NCBI GenBank assembly: GCA_001770205.1
Contig: MEQL01000013.1
Location: 1-52,878 of the forward strand
Direction of reading: 5' to 3'
DNA length: 52,878 bases
Source: Bdellovibrionales bacterium RIFOXYD12_FULL_39_22
GTDB taxonomy: Bacteria > Bdellovibrionota > Bacteriovoracia > Bacteriovoracales > Bacteriovoracaceae
Positions within the stretch are counted from its first letter, which is position 1; the number at the start of each line of letters is the position of its first letter. Shown here in pieces: positions 8,693 through 18,966 of the stretch. The position numbers and the translations under genes were made by a program. Below the pieces are notes generated by a model. The model had not been told where the DNA came from. It saw only the letters and a program-made list of their open reading frames with translations, and did no database searches.

Positions 8693-9754
8693 ATGAAAGT
8701 CTTAGGAATTGAAACAAGTTGTGATGATACTTCCATTGCCATCATTGAGTACACTAATGACTCTAAGGCAAAAATTTTAGCACATCAGAGTTTTTCTCAG
8801 GAATTTATCTTACAAAAATGGGGAGGAGTTGTTCCTGAAATTGCCGCTCGCAATCATCTGGAAAAAATTGCTCCTCTTCTGGATAGCTCTTTTCAAAAAG
8901 CTTCGCTAACTCCTTCCGATCTTGATCTTATCGGTGTTACCACTCACCCCGGACTCTTAGGTCCACTACTAACTGGTATTAACGCTGCTAAAACGATTGC
9001 TATGCTACACGAAAAACCCATAGTGGCCATAAATCATTTACATGCGCATCTAGAGGCCATTTTTTTGGCCACGGAGATAAACTATCCATATCTGGGCATG
9101 CTAGTAAGTGGCGGCAATAGTCAGTTTTTCCTGGTAACGGCCAGTAATAATTTTCAGTTGCTGGGGGGAACGATTGATGATGCGGCCGGCGAGGCCTTTG
9201 ACAAGGGAGCAAAATTAATGGGGTTGGGCTATCCTGGTGGCCGAATCATTGATACCTTGGCACAAGCTGGAGATAGATCTAAATATAAATTTCCCATCGG
9301 ATTACAACATAGCAAAGAAATAAATCTAAGCTTCTCTGGAGTAAAAACGGCATTACGACTATTTTTAGAGAAAAATCCCAGCTTTGTTTTTTCAGGTGAT
9401 CCCAATAACATAGAACCATCACACATTTCACAAGATATAAAAGATCTTGCTGCTTCTTACCAAGAATCAATTATTGAGGCCTTGAAACTAAAATTAAAAA
9501 TTGCTTGCGATAAAATAACTGATTGGCGCCAACTACCAATAGTAGTTGGTGGGGGTGTTGCCTGCAACGGACGACTACGCTCTGTTCTTTCTAAAAATTT
9601 TTCTAATGTTCACTTTGTCCCTCCTGCATTTTGCACAGATAATGGAGCTATGATCGCTAACTATGCCTATCGCATTCGTCAACATGCACTACCAATGCCG
9701 ACATGCTTAGAGTTAGATGCCGGAGATGGGGCCAATCAAGAGTCATCGCCATGA
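8693..9754 (+). CDS. tsaD: tRNA N6-adenosine threonylcarbamoyltransferase
   Basis: LGIETSCDDT, GGVVPEIAARNH, HLHAH, VSGG, DDAAGEAFDK, GGVACN, CTDNGAMIA; alternative start at 8681. Confidence 0.97.
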   Translation: MKVLGIETSCDDTSIAIIEYTNDSKAKILAHQSFSQEFILQKWGGVVPEIAARNHLEKIAPLLDSSFQKASLTPSDLDLIGVTTHPGLLGPLLTGINAAKTIAMLHEKPIVAINHLHAHLEAIFLATEINYPYLGMLVSGGNSQFFLVTASNNFQLLGGTIDDAAGEAFDKGAKLMGLGYPGGRIIDTLAQAGDRSKYKFPIGLQHSKEINLSFSGVKTALRLFLEKNPSFVFSGDPNNIEPSHISQDIKDLAASYQESIIEALKLKLKIACDKITDWRQLPIVVGGGVACNGRLRSVLSKNFSNVHFVPPAFCTDNGAMIANYAYRIRQHALPMPTCLELDAGDGANQESSP

Positions 9755-10608
9755 GCTTTAAAAAAGATAAAATTTCTCGTTTCCCGCAAGCAAAAAAGGA
9801 ATTAGGCCAACACTTTCTTAATGACCAAAGCATAATTGTCAAAATCTGTGACAATTTTAAAAATGAGGCAGAAGCAATTATTGAAATCGGCCCAGGCCCG
9901 GGCGTTTTGACTGCTAAATTGGCCGCGCACTCTCTCCCTTTTTTTGTTGTAGAAAAAGATCACTCTTTTTCTGATCGCCTTTTGGAAATTATCTCCGATC
10001 GTCAAATTTTTTTTGCAGATGCCCTAGAACTAGATTTGGATAAATTGATTCAAAAAAATTTTAATGAGAATAATAAAATATGGCTGGTATCAAACCTCCC
10101 TTACAACGTAAGTGTCCCTCTTTTAATCAAATTCACAAAAATTAAGTCAATTAAATTTTTAACACTGATGTTTCAAAAAGAGGTTGCCGAAAAAATAGTT
10201 CCTACTCATTTTGCCCTTAAAAACTCTGCCGGTTCATTAAATATTCTTACAGAAAATTTTTTTGAAAAAAAAATTCTCTGTAAGGTTGCACCTGGATCCT
10301 TTATACCACCTCCTCAAGTGGAATCCGCTGTTATTAGTTTTACTAGAAAAGAATCGCCCCTCATCGCTTACGACGAATTTAATATGTTTGAAAATTTTTT
10401 ACGCAAACTTTTTGCCTTTAAGCGCAAGCAGCTTTTTTCTGTACTACGTAGCTTTTATCCATTAGAAAAGGTTGAGATGGCCTTGGTGCAAAATAGCATT
10501 GATAAAAAAGTTCGTGCCGAAACGTTGACATTCTCTCAAGTGACTGATCTATTTTTATCTATACGAAACATGATCAACTTAAAAGAAAGCGATAAAAGAG
10601 AAAAATAA
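9751..10608 (+). CDS. rsmA: 16S rRNA m6,2A dimethyltransferase KsgA
   Basis: KK.LGQHFL, EIGPGPG.LT, VSNLPYNV, MFQKEVA, F.PPP.VES; ATGA overlap with tsaD. Confidence 0.95.
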   Translation: MSFKKDKISRFPQAKKELGQHFLNDQSIIVKICDNFKNEAEAIIEIGPGPGVLTAKLAAHSLPFFVVEKDHSFSDRLLEIISDRQIFFADALELDLDKLIQKNFNENNKIWLVSNLPYNVSVPLLIKFTKIKSIKFLTLMFQKEVAEKIVPTHFALKNSAGSLNILTENFFEKKILCKVAPGSFIPPPQVESAVISFTRKESPLIAYDEFNMFENFLRKLFAFKRKQLFSVLRSFYPLEKVEMALVQNSIDKKVRAETLTFSQVTDLFLSIRNMINLKESDKREK

Positions 10609-10609
10609 A

Positions 10610-11059
10610 ATGGGAATTAAAATTATTAGCAAAAATAAGCGCGCCTCTTTTGACTACTTCCTTCACGATAAGTATGAGGCGGGAATAGTTTTGCGTGGCA
10701 CAGAGGTTAAAAGCTTACGGGCCGGCAAGGTATCATTATCGGAGTCCTTTATTTCTATCGATGCCAACTACGAAATTTGGATTGTTAATATGCTGATCTC
10801 TCATTATGAATTTGGAAATATAAATAATCATCAAGAAAGTCGTAAGCGAAAACTTCTTTTGAACAAACAGGAAATTGTTAAGATTGAACATACTATAAAA
10901 ACAGATGGAATGACGCTTGTCCCTTTGGCCATCTACTTCAAAAACTCTACGGTAAAAATTGAATTTGCGCTGGGTAAAGGGAAAAAACATTTTGATAAGC
11001 GCGCGGATAATGCCCAAAAAGATGTTAAGCGAAAAATCCAGCGCGGAGACTATGACTAG
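10610..11059 (+). CDS. smpB: SsrA-binding protein
   Basis: NKRA.FDY, EAGIVL.GTEVKSLR, RKRKLLL, GKGKK..DKR. Confidence 0.98.
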   Translation: MGIKIISKNKRASFDYFLHDKYEAGIVLRGTEVKSLRAGKVSLSESFISIDANYEIWIVNMLISHYEFGNINNHQESRKRKLLLNKQEIVKIEHTIKTDGMTLVPLAIYFKNSTVKIEFALGKGKKHFDKRADNAQKDVKRKIQRGDYD

Positions 11060-11071
11060 GAGACCTCCTTT

Positions 11072-11554
11072 ATGCAAAGTTTTTATGCGAAATTTTATGA
11101 AAAAGTTGGAGAGGAAAAATTCAAGCTCATCTCGATTTTTTTCTGCATATTTGGGGACGTCCTGGTTGCCAGTTATATTTATGGCCGCTTAAATAACTAT
11201 CCTGTTTTTGTTGAAATAATGAAAAAAATGATTGCTACTCGCGATCCTTCTTTTGATGTTGGCACTATCCCGGCCAATATAATGGCAGAGCAATTTCAAC
11301 TTATAATAAATGTATCGCTTACTATGTTGGCCAGTGCGGTTTTGTTTCATCTCGTCATGTACGCCTTCTATTACGCAAATAAATCTTTTGCTCGTGGATA
11401 TTTCAAACTTTTAATTTGGGTTGGTTCTGTTAGTTTTTTCTTCGCCGGAATATCTTTAATTTCTGACAATCCTTTGGCCTCTATTGGATTTATTGTTCAA
11501 TCTTTTTTCTATTCGTATAACATAATGGGAATTCGCTATTTCGCACAGAAATAA
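11072..11554 (+). CDS. hypothetical membrane protein (~4 TM)
   Basis: Several hydrophobic helices; AGGAG upstream. Confidence 0.7.
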   Translation: MQSFYAKFYEKVGEEKFKLISIFFCIFGDVLVASYIYGRLNNYPVFVEIMKKMIATRDPSFDVGTIPANIMAEQFQLIINVSLTMLASAVLFHLVMYAFYYANKSFARGYFKLLIWVGSVSFFFAGISLISDNPLASIGFIVQSFFYSYNIMGIRYFAQK

Positions 11555-11582
11555 TCATGGTTTCTGAAATGGACCAATTAAA

Positions 11583-12326
11583 TTAACGCCCAAGCAATCC
11601 TAATACCCCATTGATAAAGGCCAAAGGGTGAATTGCACAACCAGGAACATAAAGCACCGGCCTGATCTGTTCAAGGAAGCGACGATCTAGAGCATCTGAA
11701 TCTTTATAGAGTCCGCCAGTGATTGCACACGCCCCAACAGCAATAACAAATTTGGGATCCGGCATTCCTTCATAGGCCAACTCTAAGGCCTCGGCCATAT
11801 TTTCAGAAATAGGGCCACTAATAACTAGGCCATCCGCATGGCGAGGAGAGGCAACAAATTCAATTCCAAAGCGGCCCATATCGAAGTTAACGTTACCGGC
11901 GGCATTTAATTCCAATTCACAGCCGTTGCACCCTCCGGCGGAAACAGAGCGAAGCTTCAGGGAGCGGCCAAATATTTTTTTTATAGCATCATTAGCGCGT
12001 ACTTGAAGGCCTGTTATTTTTTCATCAACAATCAAACCCTCCAGTGAGTCTGAAGATATTTTATAATTTTCGCTGAAGCTAATTTTTTTCTGAGGACAAG
12101 CGGCCGCGCAATCATTACAAAAAACACAAAGTCCTAAATCCATTCGCAGTGGCCCTGTTGCAATAGCGCCACTAACCGGACAGGCCTCCATACAGACATT
12201 GCAAGTATTGGGGCAAGTAGTTGGAGAAAATTGTGGAAGGCCACGAAATCCTCGCGGCAAAGCGCCTTTTACATCTGGTACAAACTGTTTACCTTGTGAA
12301 ATTTTCACCCGAAGTGTTTTTAGCAT
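11583..12326 (-). CDS. Ehr/Hyf-type small subunit: NuoI-like 2x[4Fe-4S] domain fused to a NuoB/HyfI-like domain
   Basis: C..CNVCMEACP and CVFCNDCAAACP; GGCNGCELE, ASPRHADGL, GACA, VPGC. Confidence 0.9.
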   Translation of the reverse strand: MLKTLRVKISQGKQFVPDVKGALPRGFRGLPQFSPTTCPNTCNVCMEACPVSGAIATGPLRMDLGLCVFCNDCAAACPQKKISFSENYKISSDSLEGLIVDEKITGLQVRANDAIKKIFGRSLKLRSVSAGGCNGCELELNAAGNVNFDMGRFGIEFVASPRHADGLVISGPISENMAEALELAYEGMPDPKFVIAVGACAITGGLYKDSDALDRRFLEQIRPVLYVPGCAIHPLAFINGVLGLLGR

Positions 12327-12343
12327 TACATCCTCTTATAAAA

Positions 12344-13849
12344 TCACAAATCATTTCCACAGTAGGAAAGATCAAAACTTTTATTACAAATAGGAAAATC
12401 TGAAATCTCATTACCTCGCAAAGATTGCGCTAAAGCAAACCAATTGCGAATCGAAGGATCTTGTACCTTGTAGTGAGCAAGTTTTCCAGAAGGGCCGGTC
12501 TCGAGATAATGCATAACCTCACCTCTCCATCCTTCAATCAGTGAAATGGCATACGCATTACTCTGCGGCGCCTTTAATTCTATTTTTAATTGTAACTTCC
12601 AATCTTTTCTTTCCATTTCATCGAAAGCAGAATTAATCCAATACAAAGATTCATTAATTTCTCGAATACGTAAACAAGCGCGGGCCCAACAATCACCACT
12701 TTCTTCTATCATGGCAACAATTGGCAATTTATCATATGGCGCATTACTGCTGGCAAAATTTTGTCGCAAATCCAGCACTACACCTGACATACGTGCGGCC
12801 ATTCCTACTGCTCCAATATCTATGGCCACTTCCTTTGTAACCACACCTACTCCGCAAAAACGATTTGCCACTAGCTTTGAAGATAAAAATAGATCATTTA
12901 TTTTATCAATGTCTTGCTTAAAAGAAGAAAGAATTATCCTCACTTCGTCTATGAGTGATTTTGTTATAGGTGACCGAACCTCTCCCGGGCGCAACCATCC
13001 TCGACCAAAACGACTTCCTCCTAAGCGCATAGAGGTATTAATTATGGCCGTGCGCAAACGGCCATAGGTCGACCCGCCAGGCAAAAAAGCAATATCGGTG
13101 GAAAGGCCAGAAAGTCCGGCCAAATGCATGGCAATTCTTTCTAACTCCAAAGCAACTCCTCGCACTAACTCAATATCAGCAAGATCGACAATATTAGCAA
13201 CACAAAGATTTTCATAGGCACGACAATAGGCCCAAGTATGAGCAATCGAACTATCACCGGCAATGGTCTCAACAAGAGGTGCCAGTTTGGACATTTCTCC
13301 TCTTAAAAGAAGTGATTCAACATGACGATGTTGATATCCTAATTGAATTTCTAAATGGTGAACCATCTCTCCATAACACATAAAGCGAAAATGTCCTGGC
13401 TCAATTACGCCCGCATGAATGGGGCCAACCCCAACTTCATGAACCTCTTTGCCTTCTAACTTAAAAAAAGGATATTTTTCAAATTGGCCTAAATGGCCGG
13501 ACCCCTTGCGATTTGGATAACGAATTCCTCGCTTCGGCCAGGGATGCTCTTCCGGAGTGATTTTATATTGTTCACAAATTTCACGTTCAAAGCAATGAAA
13601 GGTGGAATATTTTTTTGTAAAAGATGGATAAGTGGAATCACGAGATTTTTTTACACGTAAAACTTGCAGTTTTCCATATCGATCATCTGCCAGTAGTGCG
13701 TTCAAAAAAATTTCTGGAAACCCATAGATCGGACTAGCAAAAAAGCTAACTAATCGCATCCCTCTGGTTAGCATTTCCTCTACTTGATGCTGAAAAACAG
13801 ACATATCCAAGGTGGTGATCTGACTTATCCTTCCAGACAGAATGCTCAT
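12344..13849 (-). CDS. Ehr-type large subunit (NuoC+NuoD/HyfG-like) lacking NiFe-binding motifs
   Basis: FERE, VGPIHAGVIEPGHFRF, LGYQHR, EGWRGE, DPS..NW; ETIAGDSSIAH in place of RxCGxC; C-terminus DFPICNKSFDLSYCGNDL; ATG at 13849 overlaps the upstream stop. Confidence 0.9.
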   Translation of the reverse strand: MSILSGRISQITTLDMSVFQHQVEEMLTRGMRLVSFFASPIYGFPEIFLNALLADDRYGKLQVLRVKKSRDSTYPSFTKKYSTFHCFEREICEQYKITPEEHPWPKRGIRYPNRKGSGHLGQFEKYPFFKLEGKEVHEVGVGPIHAGVIEPGHFRFMCYGEMVHHLEIQLGYQHRHVESLLLRGEMSKLAPLVETIAGDSSIAHTWAYCRAYENLCVANIVDLADIELVRGVALELERIAMHLAGLSGLSTDIAFLPGGSTYGRLRTAIINTSMRLGGSRFGRGWLRPGEVRSPITKSLIDEVRIILSSFKQDIDKINDLFLSSKLVANRFCGVGVVTKEVAIDIGAVGMAARMSGVVLDLRQNFASSNAPYDKLPIVAMIEESGDCWARACLRIREINESLYWINSAFDEMERKDWKLQLKIELKAPQSNAYAISLIEGWRGEVMHYLETGPSGKLAHYKVQDPSIRNWFALAQSLRGNEISDFPICNKSFDLSYCGNDL

Positions 13850-15312
13850 ACTCCGCCTCCAATAATAGTCGCAATTTTTTGCAACAACTCGTTGGCCCCG
13901 GCCGGAATATAAATACCCATGCTGATAAGCAGCAAAGTAAAGAAAATAATTGGCATTAAGGCGAAAAAAGATTCGGGGGCCGGCGACAATTCTTCTGGCG
14001 GATTTCCCCAAATCATTGGAAAAGTTGTGCGGCCAACTGCTACGAAAACTAATGTCATTAAAAATCCAAAAGAGGCAAACACTGCAAAATATCGTCCATC
14101 AATCATGCTCTTCATGATAAATAATTCTCCAAAAAAACTTCCAAAGGGAGCAAACCCCAACAGCGCAAAAACACCAATTAAAAATGCCCAACCAGTAACC
14201 GGCATGCGTTTAATTAATTTCTTTATTCCGCTCATCTCTTCGGTCTTATATATCGTAAAAATATTCCCGCAGGCCAAAAAGAGCATTGCTTTAACCAATG
14301 TATTACTAATTACATAAATCAATACTCCGTAAGCAGAATCCTTACCCAAACTTAGGCCTAATCCAATAGCGATAACCCCCGCATGATTTATAGACGCATA
14401 CGCAATAAGACGTTTGTAATGTTTTTCGGCAACAATATGCAAGAGTGAAATCAGAATCGAAACAAGTCCAACAGTAATTAAAAAATAACGAACGATAGGA
14501 GATTGCAATGGAGAAAAATATTGCATCACTCGGAAAATCATCACCATCACGACATTAAATTGTACTGCCGACAACATTACAGTGGTTGATTGGGGAGCGC
14601 GATCATAGGCCGCTGGAAGCCAGTTATACATAGGAGCAAGGCCTAACTTTGTTGATATCCCAAAAAATATTAGAACAAGGCCTAAATCTCTCCATGGTTG
14701 TTTTCCTAAAACAGATCCAATACCTGAGAGATCTGTAAAAAAGAAACTAACGCTCTCCATTCCTGGCCGAGCATGTAGGCCCTTGGCAAAACATAAAATT
14801 CCCAGCAATACCAGACCTAAGGCCACTAGTGAAAACATCAGATAGCGCCACGCCGCTTGCAATGATTCCTTGCTTTTTTCGTGAAAAATAAGCGGGGTTA
14901 TGGCCAAAGTGCTGGCCTCTAACAAAATTAGCATAAAAAGCAAATGATTGCTCAAAATAGCAAGTACGGAAATAGAAAAGAAAAAAAGTGTGCGCAAAAC
15001 CAGCTCATGAAGCTTTGTGGTCGTTAAATTATTAACAAGAACTCGATTGTGAATATAAAAGCTGGCCCCTACTAAAACACTAGTAACCAACGCTACAAAT
15101 AAACGGGAGATAGCGTCATCGAGAAATAAATTGTTTGCAAAAGGAATAACATTATCAATTGGATTTTGAAGAAGTATATATGTTGAAGTAACAAAAACCA
15201 AAACAGAAATGAACATAAAAATAATTGAAGAATGAAGTGTGCTTTTTTTCCCTAAGAGTAAAATTAAAAAAATTCCAACGAGTGGAATTGCTGCGCTAAT
15301 AATCGGATCCAT
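13846..15312 (-). CDS. hyfF: hydrogenase-4 HyfF-like proton-translocating antiporter subunit
   Basis: Multi-TM; EAS.L, AAWRY, TKLGLAPM..WLP.AY..AP, KRLIAYASI.H.G, PFGSF.GE. Confidence 0.82.
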   Translation of the reverse strand: MDPIISAAIPLVGIFLILLLGKKSTLHSSIIFMFISVLVFVTSTYILLQNPIDNVIPFANNLFLDDAISRLFVALVTSVLVGASFYIHNRVLVNNLTTTKLHELVLRTLFFFSISVLAILSNHLLFMLILLEASTLAITPLIFHEKSKESLQAAWRYLMFSLVALGLVLLGILCFAKGLHARPGMESVSFFFTDLSGIGSVLGKQPWRDLGLVLIFFGISTKLGLAPMYNWLPAAYDRAPQSTTVMLSAVQFNVVMVMIFRVMQYFSPLQSPIVRYFLITVGLVSILISLLHIVAEKHYKRLIAYASINHAGVIAIGLGLSLGKDSAYGVLIYVISNTLVKAMLFLACGNIFTIYKTEEMSGIKKLIKRMPVTGWAFLIGVFALLGFAPFGSFFGELFIMKSMIDGRYFAVFASFGFLMTLVFVAVGRTTFPMIWGNPPEELSPAPESFFALMPIIFFTLLLISMGIYIPAGANELLQKIATIIGGGV

Positions 15313-15910
15313 GCAACTCCTTGATTGAGGCAAATTCCGCCAAAAACTTCCAGAAGAGAGTAATTGTCCATAAGAAAACTACCGCAAATCCAATTTGAAT
15401 AAAAAACGCCTCCTGATGTTTACTAAATGCTTCCAAAAGAATAATCCCGGCCTCAAAAATTAAAATGCCAATAATCTGCCCAACGATAGAGCGTTGATTG
15501 GCCAAGATATAAATTCCAAGTAAAATGGAAGCAGTGGCCGTTCCAAAAAAACCTGCTTGTTGAAAACGCTGTGGGTAAATTACTTGCCCACACCAATATC
15601 CGACGACAATAATAGAAATGGCCAACGTCCAGCTTACTAAATTCGCTGGAATTACATCAAACTCCGCTTTAAAGTTAAATTTTTTTAACAACCAAATCGT
15701 GCCCAGAGGCGCGGCCAAGGAGCGCACTAAAACGAGATCGACAAATTGTACTTGAGAGGAGATTGTTTCAATCCCCTCAAAGCTAAATAGAATAGTCGCA
15801 GAAATAAAAAACTGTACTGCCAAGGTTATAAAGGCCAACCTCCAGGAAGAAATGAAGATCAACATAAACATAGCAATTATGTAACTTCCTAGCAGATAAT
15901 TCATACTCAT
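15296..15910 (-). CDS. hyfE: HyfE-like membrane subunit
   Basis: ~6-7 TM; Q.IG.L.FE.GI motif; position between hyfC and hyfF. Confidence 0.65.
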   Translation of the reverse strand: MSMNYLLGSYIIAMFMLIFISSWRLAFITLAVQFFISATILFSFEGIETISSQVQFVDLVLVRSLAAPLGTIWLLKKFNFKAEFDVIPANLVSWTLAISIIVVGYWCGQVIYPQRFQQAGFFGTATASILLGIYILANQRSIVGQIIGILIFEAGIILLEAFSKHQEAFFIQIGFAVVFLWTITLFWKFLAEFASIKELHGSDY

Positions 15911-16866
15911 ATCATCCCCGCCTTTCCTAAAGATGCCAGTAACATTGCTATTAATCCGGCAAGTACGGCCATCAGAGCATAGGCCGGAATAAATCTCATT
16001 TTAAAGCGTGGAACCCAAGACTCAATTAGTCCAATAAGGATAGATATTGCCACAATAATAAGAAGAGAAGTTATCCAGGAAAAATAAAATAGTGTCCCTC
16101 CAATTTTTCCATTTTGGAGAAGAAATGGATTTAAAAGTGCAGCAATTAGGCCGGCCAAGGATACTAACTTTAGCGCCGAGCCATACTGGATCATGGCCAA
16201 TTCTGGCCCGCTTGTATCTAAAATCATTACCTCATGAATCATAGTTAATTCTAAATGGGTGTTTGGATCATCTACAGGAACTCGTGCCGCCTCAATTTGT
16301 AAAAGAATAAATAAAGAGAAAAATAATAAAAACTTTATTATCCAAATTAAAAGGCCACTTGCTTGTACAACCACTAAACTTTCAAACGAGCTGTTGCCTG
16401 AAATAATCCCTAAGGTGCCAATGGAAAAAAAAAGGGCAGGTTCAATATAAGCAGAATAAGTTGCTTCCCTTCCGGCCCCCATCCCCTCGAAAGAGCTCCC
16501 GGTATCTAGGGCCGCTAAAATTATAAATATTCGACCTAATCCTAAAAGATAGACAAAATAGACAAAGTCATATTTAAAAGAGATAGGGGCCACTCCGGGA
16601 ACAATTGGAGATAGTAGGGATGCCAGCAAGGCCGTTGCTAAAATTATGGCCGGTGCTAATTGGAAAATCCAAGAACTGTTTTCGCTATATACCGACCTTT
16701 TTTTTAACAAACGATATAGATCAAAAAAAGATTGATTTAAATTAGGGCCTTTGCGGCCGGACCAAATAGATTTAACTCGATTAATTATTCCAATTACAAA
16801 AATTGGACAAATGATAAGTATGAGCAGATGAATAGTTGTATTTATGGCCCACGATACATTAATCAT
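15907..16866 (-). CDS. hyfC: HyfC/NuoH-like membrane subunit
   Basis: GRKGP...Q...DL.RLL.K, LDTGSSFEGMGA.RE, EAARVPVDDPNTHLELTMIHEVM; ATGA overlap with the hyfB stop. Confidence 0.88.
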   Translation of the reverse strand: MINVSWAINTTIHLLILIICPIFVIGIINRVKSIWSGRKGPNLNQSFFDLYRLLKKRSVYSENSSWIFQLAPAIILATALLASLLSPIVPGVAPISFKYDFVYFVYLLGLGRIFIILAALDTGSSFEGMGAGREATYSAYIEPALFFSIGTLGIISGNSSFESLVVVQASGLLIWIIKFLLFFSLFILLQIEAARVPVDDPNTHLELTMIHEVMILDTSGPELAMIQYGSALKLVSLAGLIAALLNPFLLQNGKIGGTLFYFSWITSLLIIVAISILIGLIESWVPRFKMRFIPAYALMAVLAGLIAMLLASLGKAGMI

Positions 16867-18863
16867 TTTGCCACCACCCAAATACCCAGAATAATCAAGG
16901 TAAGCAATCCCACGGCCAATCCATATCTGGAATCATCCGCAACTTTATAGATCCACTTGGTAACAATTTCATCACCTTCATTCAAAATATGAAAAATTCT
17001 TCGCTCCACCACATCTGGATAGTTTGTCTGTAAAAATCCATTCTCAGGAAAAGGGCCATGTGGTAATTTTTTTTTGAATACCATTTGCAAGAGGCGAGGA
17101 CGAAAGATAGAGAGAAACTGATCAGAGAAGGAAGAACCACTATATTGCATACGCGAATTAATTGCAGTATATCCACATCCCCAAGTAACGTGTCGGCGAT
17201 GGCCCTTGGATAATAAAATTTTTCGCAACATAAAAATTACAAAAACTAATGAGATCAATCCCAAATTGATTGCTCCTAACGGCATAATTAGTTTATGCAT
17301 CTGGGATTTTATTGCCAATGCAGAGGAAATTCCTGCCAATTTTAAAAATTGTTCTACTACCGACAGTAACAAAGTAATTCCCGCGAATGGAACTAGGCCC
17401 AAAATGATTATAAAAATTGCATGAATCATCATTGGAAATCTCATAGAAAAGGGAGCTTCTCCTGTACACTCTACACTACTGTCTCGGCCTGTACCTAAAA
17501 AAGATAGGCCAAAAATTCTAGCAATTGAAAACAAAGAAGTAGCACCAACTAATGCTAAAATGGTGGCCACAATAATAAAAACAGTGAAGGCCTCCACCGT
17601 TGGAATCATTCCTTTTGGCGCCATTCCACTTAACAATCCACTATAGATAATAAATTCACTGACCAAACCATTTAGAGGTGGTAGCGCAGCAATGGCAATC
17701 CCGCCAAGGAAAAAGAAAAAACTACTCTGGGGCATTTTCTTTATTAGTCCACCCAATCTATCCATATCAACTGTGTGACACATTCTATAAACTGCCCCTG
17801 CGGCGTAAAAAAGGAGACATTTGAAAGCGGCGTGGTTTAGTAAGTGCAAAGTTGCCCCAATAAACCCGAGAGCGATAAGTGTTGGTTGATGCCAAGAGAG
17901 GCCCAAATATCCAAGACCTATCCCTATTCCAACAATTCCATAATTTTCAGTGGAAGAGTAACCCAAAACTCGTTTAATATCTCGCTGTGTTACCGTGTAA
18001 AGAACTCCCATTAACGCAGAGATAGTGGAAAAAATCAAAATAGTCCACCCAATCCATTCATCTGGAATTCCTAATAATAGGGTAAACCTTAAAATGCCAT
18101 AGATTCCTACATTGTTTTTAACACCAGACATTTGTGCTGAAATATGTGCGGGGGCCACTGCATGAGCACGAGGCAACCAGGTGTGCAACGGAAAATATGC
18201 AGACTTCAGGCCGAAAGAAGTCAAAAGCAAAATAACGGTGGCATTTCGCAAAAAAACATCAGACTTTAAAAACTTATCGTACATGGGAAAATCAAAAGAG
18301 TTAGTGGCACTATGAAGAATCATTAAAGCTGCAATTAAAAAAATTAAACTTATATGTGATGCCACTAAATAATTAAAACCAGCGAAACGAATCTTCTGAT
18401 TTTTATAATCAAAAATAACTGCCAACCAAGTTGCCAAAGTGGCAATTTCCCAGCCAAGTAAAAACACCAGAGAATTTTCTACTGCATAAATTAGAATATA
18501 AGATAGCGCCAACATATTAAGTAGAGCGAAATGAACACCGATTCTTCGTTTGTCAAATGAAGGCGCTAAATATCCTAAAGCGTAAATTGTTCCCAACAAG
18601 TTCATTGGCAACGAAAAAAGCAAAAAGAAAGCTCCCAGCGCATCAACTTTTATCCCAATGCGATCGATGGGAAAACTCCACTGAAATTCACCAACAATTG
18701 AAGGCGCGCCAGTTAAAATAGGAATAGTCGCCAACAAGATGGCAACGACAGCAACTATTTGAGTCATAATAGTTGCCCAAGCACGCTGGCGATTGCCAGG
18801 GACAAAAAGTGCCAGGGCCACCCCAGTAGTAAGCGAGATAATTGCTACAAAAATGTACAACAT
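16863..18863 (-). CDS. hyfB: HyfB/NuoL-like proton-translocating subunit
   Basis: FLLGWE, FGLKS..FPLHTWLPRAH..AP, KR.L.YSSTEN.G, LPPLNG.VSE, TWGCGY...SRMQY. Confidence 0.88.
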   Translation of the reverse strand: MLYIFVAIISLTTGVALALFVPGNRQRAWATIMTQIVAVVAILLATIPILTGAPSIVGEFQWSFPIDRIGIKVDALGAFFLLFSLPMNLLGTIYALGYLAPSFDKRRIGVHFALLNMLALSYILIYAVENSLVFLLGWEIATLATWLAVIFDYKNQKIRFAGFNYLVASHISLIFLIAALMILHSATNSFDFPMYDKFLKSDVFLRNATVILLLTSFGLKSAYFPLHTWLPRAHAVAPAHISAQMSGVKNNVGIYGILRFTLLLGIPDEWIGWTILIFSTISALMGVLYTVTQRDIKRVLGYSSTENYGIVGIGIGLGYLGLSWHQPTLIALGFIGATLHLLNHAAFKCLLFYAAGAVYRMCHTVDMDRLGGLIKKMPQSSFFFFLGGIAIAALPPLNGLVSEFIIYSGLLSGMAPKGMIPTVEAFTVFIIVATILALVGATSLFSIARIFGLSFLGTGRDSSVECTGEAPFSMRFPMMIHAIFIIILGLVPFAGITLLLSVVEQFLKLAGISSALAIKSQMHKLIMPLGAINLGLISLVFVIFMLRKILLSKGHRRHVTWGCGYTAINSRMQYSGSSFSDQFLSIFRPRLLQMVFKKKLPHGPFPENGFLQTNYPDVVERRIFHILNEGDEIVTKWIYKVADDSRYGLAVGLLTLIILGIWVVAK

Positions 18864-18966
18864 GAAAATTGATGCTAGACCTCCGCATTAGAGATTGCAA
18901 CTGAAAATTTATTTGAAGGTATTGGCAATCTAAAAAAAATGGCAAAGCTAAATAACGCGTGTTAAC

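Noticed and set aside
10610..11600. tmRNA/att site next to smpB as the boundary of the energy block
   Set aside because: No ssrA-like sequence, integrase or flanking direct repeat recognised at either end of 11.6-33.4 kb, so it is not called a mobile element
11583..18863. True NiFe hydrogenase 4 / formate hydrogenlyase
   Set aside because: Both Ni-binding CxxC motifs are missing and no maturation or fdh genes are present
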